Assembly: GCF_037042905.1 (NCBI RefSeq)
Contig: NC_087250.1
Location: 24,058,001-24,122,000, forward strand
From: Lytechinus pictus
Lineage: Eukaryota
Reading direction: 5' to 3'
DNA: 64,000 bases
Position 1 is the stretch's first letter. Every line of letters begins with the position of its first letter. The translations under genes and the position numbers were made by a program. The notes beneath the pieces are model-generated. The model was given only the letters and a program-made list of their open reading frames with translations, made no database searches and was not told the DNA's origin. This document shows, one piece after another, positions 41,501 to 56,500 of the stretch.

Positions 41501-44500
41501 AATTGCTCAAAAACGTGGTTTTGTGTAAAAGTCAATGCAAATTGTGTTTCAACCAAAATTTATAAATGTATGATTATTTTTAGTTTTGCTGGTCTAAATG
41601 TATTTATTTTATGCTTTTTATGATCTCAGAAGAGTCCCCAACAAATTTCATTGAAAAAACAATGAAAAACAAAAGGTCAAAAAACAAAGAAATACATAAG
41701 AAAGTGCCAAAAACAATATAATACATAAGAAAATGATTTGATATCGCAATTTTTTTCATGTACATGTACACCGCAAAGAGTTTCTATACCCAAAATTAGT
41801 ACATTTGGAGCTTTATTTAGGGAGTTGGAGGAAAAAGTATGAAATTGCATACTAATTACGCATAAATTAGCATAATCACTTAATAGCGATTCGCATGAAA
41901 TAAATTACTATACAATTTTGTAGATTATGTCCAAGGCAACCCACGTGCCAAATTTCGGCGCAATCGCGCGGTCGACGGTCGAGATCTTAAGGGGGGCCTG
42001 GGAGGCCCCCCCCCCCCGGCCATATGAACTCCCAAAATACCCCCGCCTAGATAGGGTTAAGTAAAACGGAAAATGAGCTCGAGCATTTCATCAATATTTT
42101 TTGTCTGACAGGTTGTCAGTTCTGACAACTTTCCTTACCGGGTAGATTTCAATGGCTGTGAGGCACTCTTACTATGGCAACTGTCAGAGAAAACAGGACT
42201 TGTCGGATGAAATGTCTGACAAGTCGTTTCATGAAATGTTCCAGAGATGTGTGTGTGTGTGTATTTGAGTTTTGTCAGACGTGCAGTGGCGTAACAGGCG
42301 GGGGGGCAGGGGGGGGGGCAAGCTGCCCCCCCTGGCGGAGCTCACCGGGAAAATAAAAAAACGGGAAAAAGAAAAAAAGGGGAAGAAAGGGAAAGGAAAG
42401 AAAAAAGGGGAAAGGGAAAGGAAAAGGGAAAAGAAAACTAAGAAAAAATATAAAAAGGGAAAACGGAAAGATAACGGGAAAAGGAAGGAAAAAAGAACAA
42501 GTGAGAAAGAACAATTTGCCCCGATATACAAATACATTAGCATGATTAGTAAGACAAGGAAATAAATTAAAGATGACAAAAAGGCAAACAAAAGTGGGAA
42601 ATAAAGGCAGAATGGAATTAGCCAAAATCTAAATTGGAAAATAAAGAATAGGGACAAGATAACATACACTTCCGGGCTGCCGAGGATTGAGATAACGAGC
42701 GGGAAGAAAAATGGATGGTATATAGCATAATGTTGTATGAAAGTCTATCATAAACTTGCTAAATCTCCAAAGGCTCTGTCCAAGAGTCAAGACCCCGTGC
42801 AGTGGGGGCTCTAAGCTCTATATCTGTAACCTTTAATGGGTTCTATAACGGGCCCCTATATGGACCCTTCCTGCATTAAGCTTTACGTTGAAGCACTGGC
42901 GTACCACAGCCAAGGGGAAATAAAAGAAAATAAAGGAGGCAGCGAAATGAGATGAATGAAAAAAATATATGACATGATGTTTGCTCGCTGGTGACTTTTT
43001 ACAAATTTCCCCACATTTGCTATGGTGTGCCCCTCACAATATTTGGATGATTACGATACACAACTGCATTGAATTTATGTGTTGTGTTAAAGCTATATAA
43101 ATATACACGCAATTTGATTAAAATAAGTGACCGTCTGTAAGGTTAAAAATGGCTTTGATATCAAGAGGTTCCGGGGCTCTGCCCTGGACCCCACCCATAA
43201 AGCACTGTTATATGGATGAGTTTGGACCATGGCCCCCAAAAGTTCTACAACCAAACAAAAAAAAAATGAGGAAAGAAAGGAAAGTGTATTATATTTTTCT
43301 GAATATCACGCTAAAATCTATCTTTATGTTAGATTCTCATGAAAAGGTGATTTTTTTATCTCGCTCACTCGGGACCTATATTAAGCTACTTCTTGCCAGA
43401 AGCGCCATACTCGGCCCCCTCGAGCATATAAAGCTTCGCCCTGATGCTCACAGTCATAACAAAAATCCTGTTCACCGTGGCGTACAAAAAAGAGAGAAAA
43501 AAGGAAAGAGAGGAGGGTGAATATGATATCATCTTTTTAACATTATGTCAAAATCTATCACAAAATTGGATTTTTGCAATAAAAATGTAAAAAAAATTTG
43601 CCCGATACGCCATATCGCCCCCTCAAAATTTTTGCCTTATGACGCCATTGCCTGTTCCATGATATGACCGGGAAATTTTTGGCTCTTGCCCCCCCTGGCC
43701 ACCGACCCCTGTTACGCCGCTGCAGACGTGTATCAATCAGATATGATTATTTACGTCTGGGACCGACCTTTAACCTCACCATCCGAAAGACGTGACCAGG
43801 GCTCGAACCTCCAACCTCTGCATCAATTTGTAACTTCCCCACAGCTTGGATTACTGGCGCACGCCACAACGCCCAGAGATTTTTTGTGGCATTTCTTTTT
43901 AAATTGTGTTTGTTTTCTTTTGGTCTTTATCAACTGCTCTTTTTCTAGTTCTTTGAAAGATGAGAATCGTGAAGTTTGCATCATCAAATCTTGACAAGAT
44001 ATTAACTCTTCTCAACACACACACAAAAAACCCCCCAGGAACCAGCTGTCATTTTTATTGTGCCTATTGAGTAAAAGGATTGCATTTTATTTGTGTAGAG
44101 CATAATGAAGACCTACATTTTCTTGTCGCCTCTCTGTCCAGGTTTTGTCCAAAGACGGCGACCGTGTGATGAGCAATATTGGACCTGGCCAGTACTTTGG
44201 CGAGGTGGGCCTAATCTTTGGGGACTACCGCACGGCCACAGTGCGTGCAGCATCTTACTGTGAGTTGTTGATGCTGAAGCGAGTGGATCTCGACCGGGTG
44301 CTCAAGTTTTTCCCTCTGATTGAGAAGTAAGTTCCGAGCCTCCTTATTATTTGGACTTTGAGAGCTATATGTTATTATTATTAGGCTCTTAGGAAATACA
44401 TGGTTTGGTGATGGCTGACTATTTGTAATTAAATTGTTACTAGATCACAAATACTAGTTGATAAAAAGCTGTGTCTTCTACAACACATATACATTTCATA

Positions 44501-47500
44501 AGTTCCGAGTCGACATTGCTTGACCTTACTCATGCTAGTCTAGGAAATTATTTCAATACCTGTTCCTTTTTTTATATGAGTTCTTATAATGTCCAATAAG
44601 TTAAAAAATTATGAAAATCCAGAAGTATTTATTTTTGTACGTGATCTCGATTGCCAAATGTGTATCTTTGATATGAAATTCAGAAACCCTCAGTAGTTTA
44701 ACTTGTCGATCCTATAGCAATTACCGTGATTACCCAGATACTATACCATCATGGCACATATTGATAACCCTCCCAAATTACCATTAAACCAGTCCTTCAC
44801 GTTTATAATTTTGTGGAGCTAAATAAATCGCTATCCTTATTTTTTTGAGGAGCTCAATTGAGCTCCTCAGAATCGCTCTCCTTGAGGAGCTCAAATCAAT
44901 TCAATACATTTATGATAAATTGTAGATTTTTCTTAAAATTGTAAATGCAACAGCTGTGTAGCTCTTAATTAATCTGTGGTGAAACTAGGGCTGGGTAAAT
45001 ACATTTACAAAATGTTGTGCTCCTGCTTAAAAAAAAATACTGTACAAAAAATTGCTAAAATTTCACATTTTGCATCTTTAAATCCATGAAATGGCCATCT
45101 CTTTCCTGATTCTGATTTGATTTTACACTCGGTAAATATTGTAGTCCCACATGTAGACTTCCATGGTGTTGCAACATTAACTGAAAACGATCGTTTTACA
45201 TTTGGTCAACACCATGAAAGTCTACATATGGGACTACAATATTTACTGAGTTGAAAATCAAATCAGAGTGGGGAAAGAGGGGAATATTCTTCATTTTTTT
45301 TGTAGTTTCCAACTTAATCAAAATAATTTCAAGGAATTATGGAAAACAGATGCCTATTTCGTGAATATAAAGATGTAAATGTGAAATTTCATCAACTTTT
45401 TGTGAAGGTATTTTTTTTAGGAGTGCGATTTTTTGTTCTTATTTTATTTAAGGAGCGCGGTAGGAGCGCTGGCGCGATCGCGCTCCTCAAAAATGAAGGT
45501 CTGATTAAACGCATCATCTCATCATCAGTTGTATTCATTGACTTTTTTCTCATCCAGGGATGTTTCTTAAGGTTGTGATGGTATTCTGTATTTTATAAAA
45601 TTACTAATTCATTGTCTACGCTTTTGTTATTGATAGGCAATTCTCGGATGCTGCTAGGAATCAAGGCCATCTGAGAGAGCTTAGAGATGCATCCAAAGAG
45701 AAGAAAGCAGACCCATTTGGTAAGTTAACACTGTCACCCATATAAGAAATCCTTCAAGTGATGATCCATGCAAACTTTGCATGTACAGTATTCAACAATA
45801 CTAAATAGGTTCATTATTGCGGACTGAAATGATCGCTAGAGGGTATTCATTTGTCTCGCAATCTACTATGGTCAACAACATGAACAAGGAAATTCGTGAT
45901 CACTCTCGCAAAAAGTGTTCACTAGCTTACAAGTTCACGAGCTTTCGAGTGCCGCTGCAACTCTTTATCAAGTGACGAAAATTATCTGATAACGTATAGT
46001 CTATTTATACCAATCCCCAGGACCGTACGCACGAACGCGGGAACAATAGGTGGGCACTGATCCGTTGTGTGATTGGTCGGGCGTTTCACCAATCAGTGCG
46101 TCGAATACCCTCAAGCGATTATTACAGTATTCAATGTGGTACACTTTTCTTGTGCCTAAAACAGAGCATAATGAACAGACCCGGTCAATCTGGGTTGGTA
46201 AGATTACAATCTGATTTAATTTCCTCAATCTAATACACTCCAGGGAATCATTTTGCTTTATACATTTCAATAGCATTTTTGGTCGTAAGAAAAAAGCTCT
46301 CAACTAAGTAATGTACAGTCCCATGTAAAAATATGCTTTACAAAAGACTTCATGTATAGCAGTCTTTCAGAAATGTGGAGGAAATTGCGATGCAATACCG
46401 GGAAGATTATTCCTCCACTCAAAGCTTGGATTATGGTAATTTTTTCTTATCATGGCTTGGAGAAATGGTATAAATATTTTCAAAGTGATAATGCATGCGA
46501 CTTATAAAGTGCCAACCTCTGTCTGTATAGTGCTCAAGGTGCTCAAGGTAGATAGGCATAAATGAATACCTTTCGGATTAGTGCATGATGATGATCATGC
46601 TTATGTTGACTTCTTTTGTTCGCCAGTTGCTGGTACTGTGTTGCAGCCTGAAGATGAAGACGATACGGAAGACATGTCTCTCTACCCTGCTGCCACGTCC
46701 CTCCGACCTGTCGATATCTCTATCAAGGTCTTTGACAAGTAAGCCTTTCCAGATTTATTCCAATCCAGTCTTTGGGTGGGTTGTATCCGTTTGTCAGAGC
46801 ATCTAAATCGTCATGGCTTTCTTTTTCCATCACTTTATTCAATATTCAAAATCAAACAAAGGAACATATGTGTATACATAATACAAAATAAATGCGACCA
46901 GGGGGGTGTTTCACAAAGATTTAAGTATGACTTAAAGTCGCACTTAAATGCCGAAGCGTACATGATATGCAATGCGCGATCTTATTGATAGATACGCAGT
47001 AGTGCGCATCCTCATGACACAAACTGACCAATGCAGTCAAGCCTTTCATACCGTACGCAATTCGGTATTTAAGTGCGACTCTAAGTCATACTTAAATCTT
47101 TGTGAATCGTCCCCTGGTCATGAACTTATAAATTACATGCAGGGCAAGACCACCACTGAAAAAGAATTGCAATATAAACAGCATTAGCAAAAACAATGTG
47201 TTATTCTTACACTGTTCCTTTATTGCTTTTCGCACAATAAAGTGATGCAAAACAACAAATATAAAGGATCAAGTTTTGAGCATAAAGACGTAAGAGGGAA
47301 TGTATTTCAAAGAAGTGTGCTTGACCCGATTCCGGAGAATCGAGCCTGGACCATCTCTGAGAGTGGGGGCGTGAGCACTTTTAAAATTCTGAATCCTAGC
47401 GATGAGGGCCAAAGAAGTCTTGACACGCCGCTTCCGATGTCAAAACTCAATCCTCCAGAACCAGGTCAAATAGAACACACTTTGTTTGGCACAAAATTAC

Positions 47501-50500
47501 AAAGACACCCACTTGGTCAATTTAGTAGTTATAAATACTGTTTGGTCCAGTGGATTTAAACAAAACTTTTCTATATACGTATGTATACTAAACAATATAT
47601 GACATCACAGGAAAGAGAGATTTGATTGAAAAGTAATTTTCTGCATATTTTCATAATCTTCATCCTGAACTGTCATTATCATCATCATCACTGTTGATAT
47701 TTAATAGTACAAAGATGATGTATAATTCTCTTGTAATCATCATTATCAACACCACTGTTAAAAGTTAATAATATTTCACAATGCGTTTTTGGAAAATTTC
47801 CTTTCAGGAAAAGTGAAGATTTCCAGGAACCGTTTCAGGAGATCAGCCTACTGAGTCGGCTATTTGCCAAACTGCTCATGAGGTAAACACTGCATACCAT
47901 TGATCACTAAAATAAAAAGTGTGTTGTCTCTTGTAATGATAGTCCTTTAAAAGACCACAGGTTTTCATACATATAGAATTGTCAATGTCTACAATATCAG
48001 GGATGGCATAATTGCAGTATGCTGTATGATGAAACTATAGTTATAGTGGATTGCAAAGATATAGCTCTTCGGAACAAATCAAAAATACATTCCAATGAAT
48101 AAGAACATGAAACTTTGCAGTGATTGTACAAGTAATATATAGGAATATAGATTTGAAAGGGTAATTATTTTTCTCTTATGTTTCCACACTATGTAAAACC
48201 ATTTTACAAGTATCTGTCATTGCTCAATGTGCTGAACTTTAAGTATGAATTACTATTTGTAATTATTCAAACATTCTCTTTTCTTCTAACTAGTCGTGCT
48301 TTCATCCCAAATGGAACATGCTTCAAGCGTTGGGAAGCCATTCGAGTTGCTGTGGCGATCCTAGCTGCCTTCACAGTGACCCTCCAAGCAGCTTTTCTTC
48401 ACATGAACATCGGCTTGTGGGTCGTCAACTACGCCCTAGATTTCATCTGCTTTGTTGACATGTAAGAGCTGCGAATGATATGTTACCGTAACAAGAAAAA
48501 TCTGATGATGTATGTTCAGGCTGTAGTAACTTTCAGCAAATTCCATAGACCAAATAATTGCTATTATTTCCCTATTCAAAGTGGCCAAAAAATGTGTTGT
48601 CCTATGCAAACCAGAACATGCTCTATTCTGTGAAATCAAAAAATTTATTGTATAAACACATTGTTTCATGATGGCAAAGTTAATTTTTTAAAAAGTTTTG
48701 TTTATTAATTGCTAGGCTGAGACATGTATCAATGACAGTTTTGTATGGGAATGGTCTATAAAATCTGAATTTGCATTGGGGGACTTCATATCATGAGTTT
48801 AATGACTTTATAGAAAACTGCCTCTTAGTATTATTTTATTATGTTCTGCTTAGTTTTGTGCTTGTCAACTTCTGTCATGAGCTATTCAAATCTGAGTTGC
48901 AAGATTTCCTGTGCATGCTTGAGTATGTAGATGTGTGATATTTTTATCATTTGACAATGTATTTTTCCTTCAACAGGTACCTGAAATTCCATACTGCATT
49001 CTACAATGAAAACAATGTACTGGTCACTCACCCATTGTCTACTGCCAAGCACTATCTAAGGTAAGTTACTATTGATCGCTCAAACATTTCCATAGGGAAA
49101 TTTCCATTGAAATAGACATCAATATTCTCAACAAATTCTCAATCTAGTTGATTAATATCTACGAATTATAATATTTTCTGTGATTTTGTAATCAGGTGCA
49201 AAGTTTGTGTGTTTTTAATTTCATAATCTTTTTGATGTTTTCCCATCTTTCTATTATAGGTGCTATAAATTTTTTTCAGGACTGTTTAATGAATTTGCTT
49301 GCATAATACAACAATAGATGTTATCCAGTGTCTAGTATTTTGTGTTAATTTTCTGGTATATCTGACATTGCATAGACATTTTGAAGCTTTTTTAAAGTAT
49401 ACATTTCTTTGTATGAACAACAGACTGTTTTAAGCAGTCCACATTATCTGATTGAAAATTATTTTACTTATATTTTTTTTATAGAACCAACTTCCTGATT
49501 GACGTTCTAGCTTGCTTCCCAACGGAGCTCATAGCTTATGCCGTCATTGGAAATTTCTCTCGTAAGTACACTAAACTCGTTCATAGCTCTGTTATTATTC
49601 TTTCAAATTAAAGTTTTCCTCATTAAATGAAAATAGAACGGAAATGAGACATTCAATATCAATCACAAATGATGGAAATTCTTCAGGTCTATTTTGAACA
49701 ACTTGGCTATATAAACATGTATATGTTTTCACCTTTCAGCACATAATTTAGAGATTATCATAGATTTTTATCATTTTTTTCTAATTGTAGATATGCAAGG
49801 TATTAGGATTCTGCATTGTAATATAATTGCTTCATTCGCAACAACGATTATCAGAAATAAGAGATTATGAGCAGAAAAAGAGATTTTTTTCTGTTTCTTT
49901 TTGAAACTCTTTATAAAATCATTATGAAAAATAGTATAAGGGAACATTTTGAAATTCTTCTTCAGTGTCTTGATATCCAATCAATCTAGGAGACATTTCA
50001 TAAGTTACACATGACTATACTATTTCCTTAACTGGTGATCTTTCCTTGTCCTAAATGATATATGCCTGTGTAGCTTTAATACTTTGCACCAAATAACATG
50101 TTCCAGTTGTGTATAAAGATGTGCTTCATAGATTGATTTCTTCTGTTATCACCGCAATGTGAGAAATTAATATCTGTTATTTGTTTTTACGAACAGAGGA
50201 AGCAATTCATGTGTATGCCTTGGTCAGAATCAACAGGCTTCTTCAGCTATACAGAGTGGTAAGAGACCATTTTATACAAACATAAACACTATTTCAAGTA
50301 ATCCCCATTCATCCAATGATGAGTTATACCTCATTTACAAATATACATGTATGTTGGTCAATGATCATATCCTCTTACAGAGTGTTGCAAATAATTGCAA
50401 ATTTGCAGTTAATCGGTTGTTTGCTTTTTGTATCAACAACTATCATTGATTTGCTTTTTGAAATCATTTTAACACTTATAAATTTTCAACATAAAAGTTG

Positions 50501-53500
50501 TAATTGACAGTCAGACCGCAGGTCCCTATGCTAATGAGCAAAAAGGTCAGATTCATCCAAATCATCTCGAGGCTGAATCCTCCTCCTTGCAAAATCTTGT
50601 GATTCGTGAGATTTTCTTTCTCTAAGAATTTACCTGATTTAACCTCAAGTCAAATGAAATATCATTGCACCATCAGAAAGAGTAAATGTTACTCTTTCAT
50701 ACTGGTCATTTATTTTGTATACAATATTTTGATAATAAGGGAATTTCTGGCCTGAAAATATGCCTCAAAACTGAATTTTCTTCCTCTGTTTTCTTTTGCA
50801 AATTGTGCAAAACTTTCTATTTTTAGCCTCAATGATATATATATAACCATAAAGCTGAACTTCTGTACTTTCTCACAATGCCACTCTTGATATGCGGCAC
50901 CTTTTAGTCGGGTCAAGATCACACTTTTCCCTCCAAGGTACAAGACGAGATTTTCTGAAATTTTGTATTTGCATGAAATCCAGAGTTCTGATTGGCTGGA
51001 TAAGGTTCACAAAACAACAGGCGCGGGGAATTTGAGGAGATTACCACATGGGAAGTGTGACCTTCCCATGAACCCAGGCACTGGAACCGTTGGAATTTGC
51101 CAGTGTGTGGTCTCTTTGACCAATCAGAGTGCAGTATTCTTGTTTTCAAGCTGCTTTTTGTACTTGGCCAATGAAAAGCGTGATCTTGACCCAATTAAAC
51201 CAATTCTTATTTTGAAACCTAGACCATTTTAAAGCATACATATTCAGCTTTATCACAAAATGATTTGGGCTCAAACAAAAATAAAGTGTAAAAATAGCAG
51301 CTTTTGTCTGGTGAAAATAATTATTTTGTAGCATATTTTAGATCAAAAGTTTAACCTATATTACAAAATCTTTGGATAAATGCAAACACATGACCTAAAA
51401 GAATGATTCTTCTTCTTTACAATGATACCAAAATCATGAAATTCGATGCCCAATTAGAGCAGCAATGACCGAATGAAAAGAGGTGTTTTGGTCCGCATCA
51501 AGCTCATTAAATATGTAGAACTTCTCTAGTCATGAATATCACTTGGATGAAAGAAGCCACTTTCTTGGGACCTGCCGACTGACTGTTGATTGCAAATATT
51601 TTCTTGAAGTTCCCCATATAGTAGAGCGGATTAGCCGAACAATTGTGCAAATTTTGACTAAAGCATGAAACTTTCACAAGTATAAGTATATGCCGTAAGA
51701 TTTATTTTAAAGATGGGAGGTAAATTTTAAAATGCCATTTTCGGCCGTTGCCATGGCAACGGATTAATTTCTCAAAAATGACATACATTCCCATGTAAAT
51801 GGTAAATAAACATGATATAGATGAGCAAAATGATAATTTTCAAGTTCCCAATTGAATATATATAAAATTTAGAAACATTCAAAAGTCCCAACGCATCATT
51901 TGATCCTTGAAATCCTAATGTAGACACCAAAATAACATCCCCAGGAGTATTTTTTTAATGTACTATGTCCACTTTTAAGTAACATTAAAACCCCCATTTT
52001 TCAAACAATCTTTGAATTTTTGGACACAATATTGACACCTGACTGTTTATTCAACTTGACACAATGTACAGTATTAGTTGACCCTTGAAACACTAGTGAA
52101 GACACCAAAATCATATCCCCAATGTGTATTATTAATGAATTATATGTCCATTTCGAAGTAACAACAGTCAATTTAGACCCCATTTTGGAGGCCATCTTGG
52201 ATTTGTTAACATACCAGTCCATTGGTTGTCCTTGTAACTTGTTCTAATGCATTAAACCATGGTTTTATGATGATGGTTTAGACATCAAAATCATATTCCC
52301 CAGACAGATATTGAACAAACTATGTCCTAATTTATTATTTCACTTTTGAAACTATGGTTTAGACACCAAAATCATATCTCACAGGTGAATATAAAAGGAG
52401 CTATTCCACTTTTAAGTATCAGCAGCCATTTTAGAATAGTTTTTGGAAGGCATATTGGATTTTCGAATATACCTGACTGTCATTGTAACTTGTACTAATA
52501 TTGTTAGACTCTTGAAACCAATGATTTAGACACCAAAATATCATCCTCCAGGCCAATATGAAATGAGCTATGTCCGCTTTAGGTATCAGCAACCATTTTA
52601 GATTCAATTTTTTGAAGCCATCTTAGATTTTTAGACATTCCAGACCACTGGCTTTCCCTGTAACTTGGTCCAATGTACTACTTGATCCTTAAAACCAATG
52701 AATAGAAACCAAATTAAAGCCATTTTATCAAGTAATGGATGAATTGTGGATTTTTAGCCTATGGCACCCACTGAGGGCACCATCTTGGAATACCCTTGAG
52801 TGCTTAAATTATTTTTAACCTTTCAACCAGTAAAGGTATTTTTTATCTTATTTGACCAGTCTACTTTTCATCTAAAATAACCAGTGAATAGATTACACTT
52901 GGCGTTGAATAGATTCATATGTTACTTTAAAAATTATCACAGTATTACAAAATTTTCTTCGTCAAAATCAGCAATGCAATTTTAAGGGGGCCAGATATGA
53001 CGTATCAAGCAAAATTTACTTTAAAATGTTCTCACCGAGCCGGCGACAGAGCAAAATTTTCCAAATTTTTCATTTTTGGTATATTATTCGTAAAATAATC
53101 ATATTTTATCCATCTCTCTTTCACTTTCTCTGTATTTTTTCTTGTGATGATTTTTTTTTCTTTTTTGGGAGGGGGGAGACGGGTTTCAAAATTCCCGGGA
53201 ATTTTCTTGATGGAAACTTTCCATGGGAATAAACGTGACTTTTGTGGGAATTTTTTTAATTTTCGGCAATTTTCATGAATTTTTAAAGAAATGATGGGAA
53301 TTTTCACAAAGTAACAATTTTCTGATATTTGTATGCAGGAATTAAAGAGTGTATCCTGGCAGATGATGCCTAATAGTGATTTGCTATCATATTTCAAGCC
53401 AAGTATGCTAAAACAGTCGGACAAGGCATGATTTCATGATTTCATGATCTCCATGTAAAAGTTGATTTACTGTATTTACCTTGATTAGGATATCAAGACC

Positions 53501-56500
53501 ATGTCTACTCCTCAAATAGACTTAAGATTTTGATTTATCAACCCCTATAATCCCCTTAGATATTGATATGATGAACAGCTTTAAAACACAAATTACCCCA
53601 AAACGCTTTCTTCAAAATGGCCGCCTGCGAATACTTTGAACGTAATTGTCCAGCATCGAAATTAGAGTTTCGGGAATTTATTTGAGCCAAAAAAAGTCTG
53701 ATGTGATTTTTGTAGGTCTTATTTCGATGCCATGTATTATGAAATAAGATGGTGCTTATCATTTAGCATATTTATGTTCAGCAACCTCCTATAAGGAAAA
53801 GGAACTAAATAAACATATTTTTATCAAAATTTGTACTTTTCTGGAGCCATTTGTAACATAGAGCCTGTTCAGACCGGCAGAGATAGCGCGATCTAGCGCG
53901 CGCTAGATCGCGCTATCTCTGCGGTGTGGAAGGTACAACGTCGTTTCGGTCCGCCCAACAGCGAGCCACGGCGAGCCAAAACGGCGTGCCACTGGAGCAC
54001 CTCTTGGGGGTGGTCCACGAGAGATAGCGCGGTCTAGCGCGCGCTAGATCGCGCTATCTCTGCCGGTGTGAACCCGAGCTACGATAGCACGCCGGAAGTC
54101 ATCAAACACAGTTAAAATACAAGAGTCTAGAATCTAGATTAATCAAATTAGAAATACATGCACAATGTATACAACGCCATGAAATAAACGTAGGCCGGCT
54201 AGCATAATAGGCACAGCGATATCGAGCTCTCAACTAACTAGTACGGGTTCGTAATAGCGCGCGAAATCTTTGACCGCTCTGACCTCATGACGTCACGCGT
54301 CATGGCAACAGGACCTCTAAAAAAAGGGGGTGCTACGATAGACCGCGCTATCTCACTGCGGTGTGAATCCGGCGAATGCCAATGGGCGGACCGTGGATCG
54401 CGCTACGATAGCGCGATCCACGGTCCGCCCACGGTCCCCCCCTTGCGGTGTGAACAGCCCCATTGATATTCATCATTATGTTCAAGCATTACCAAAACAA
54501 AAGTAATTTTTGTCATCCTAATGAAATCATGCATAACACTTAATGTAACTTTTGTTCAAAATTAAAAGAGTAGGTCAAACCTTACGCATATTCAGTTAAT
54601 TTTATTGTATTTTCCGTCGGTCCATTATCTTGTCAGCTATGTTTTTTTTTTTAATGAAATGTTATGTTATTGCCATTTCAACGCCTTAAAATGGTATTTA
54701 TACATTTAACAACAAACATGAACGTGTATGTTTGGCACCCTAATCTTAGTGGAAATGAATGAAAATAAGATTCTACTAGGTATTTTTTTTTATCAAAGAT
54801 GGTATTTTCTGGGGGGAAAATGATCCGTTGCCATGGCAACCGAACACACATTTGCAAAAAAATGATATCATTAAATTCAACAATTACCAAGGCAGCATCA
54901 GTTTTTATCATGCTATTGTACTCATGCAGAACACTTACTGTAATTTTTGTTCAAAACTTAATGACTGGTCAAACATTATGTAGCTTAAGTAAACCTTTAT
55001 TTTGCATCCCACCTGACCATTATCATTTCAACAGTATTTTTTTTGTATTTATAAATTTCATCTTGATTGGTTGCCAAGGCAATGGCTGAAGATGTTATCT
55101 ACATATTAACAGCAAACATATATTTTCTAACACCCTTAACTTAGGGGAAATGAAAGAAAAATCAGATTTTATCATGTTTTTATTTATCAAAGCTGCTGAT
55201 ACTTTTCTGGGGGAAATGAGCTGTTGCCATGGCAACAGAACATTTGAATTACTAATATTTATCGTTTAATTCAAGTATTACCAAGGCAACATCAATTTAT
55301 TATTCTAATGAACTCATGCAGAATACTTAGTGAATTTTTTGTTCAAAATTAAATGACTGGCCAAAGCTTTCGCATATTGAGTTATATTTGTTTTTTCCAC
55401 CTGTCCATGATCTTGTCATCCAAATTAATATTTTTTGTGAATTAGATATCATTTGGTTGCCATGGCAATAGCTTTAGATGTTATTTAAACAATTTGCATC
55501 AAACATATCTATGTTTAACCCACTAAGATTAGGGGAAATGCAAGAAAAACCAGATTCTATAGTCCTTTTTTTATAAAAACTGGTACTAAATGATCCGTTG
55601 CTATGGCAACAGGCAATTTGCAACATTGATATTTATCGTTGAATTCAAGTATTACCAAGGCAACATCAATCTGTATCATTCCAATTAGTTCATGCAGAAC
55701 ACTCACTGTATTATTTCCCCTAAATTAATTGAGTAGGTCAAACCTTATGCATATTACATAAGTTAATTTTCATTGTACTTTTCACCTATCCATAGCCTTG
55801 TCATCCCTGCTGTTTTTTTATTATTAGATGTTATCTGGTTGCCATGGCAATGGCTTAAGATGTTATATTTATAAATGTAGTCACAATCATATTTCGATTA
55901 GTACCTTAAAAATATTGAAAATGGAATGATGATCATACATGTATTCTATATTTTTATCAATATTTTTACCTTTCTAGAGGGAAATAAGCTGTTGCCATGG
56001 CAACGGGATCTTTGCAACATTTGTTTTTTTAAATTTAATTCAAGCATTACCAAGGCAACATAATGTTTTATCTTTATAAAGAACTCCTGCAGAACACTTT
56101 CTGTATTTTTTGTTCAAATGAGGGGGTCAAAACTTAAGCATACAGATTAAGTCATTTCCAGTTGTATTTTCCACCTGTCCATTGTCTAGTTTACCATGTT
56201 ATTTTTGTAAATTAGATGTTATTTGGTTGTCATGGCAATGGCTTGAGATGTAGTTTATACATTGACTACCAAAATATCATTGTTTAACACTGTAAAATTA
56301 GGGGAAATTAAAGATAAATCCTATTCTACAACGTTTTTTTAATCAATTTTTTTATTTTTCTGGGGAAAAACAAGCCGTTGCCATGGCAACAGACCAATTG
56401 GAACTATCTTGTTAATTTTGAATGTTTCTAAATTTTATATATATTCAATTGGGAACTTGAAAATTATCATTTTGCTCATCTATATCATGTTTATTTACCA

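Noticed and set aside
41104..42669. Longest ORFs in the track (153 aa, 146 aa)
   Set aside because: They span transposon junctions and low-complexity A/G tracts; compositionally biased and non-coding.
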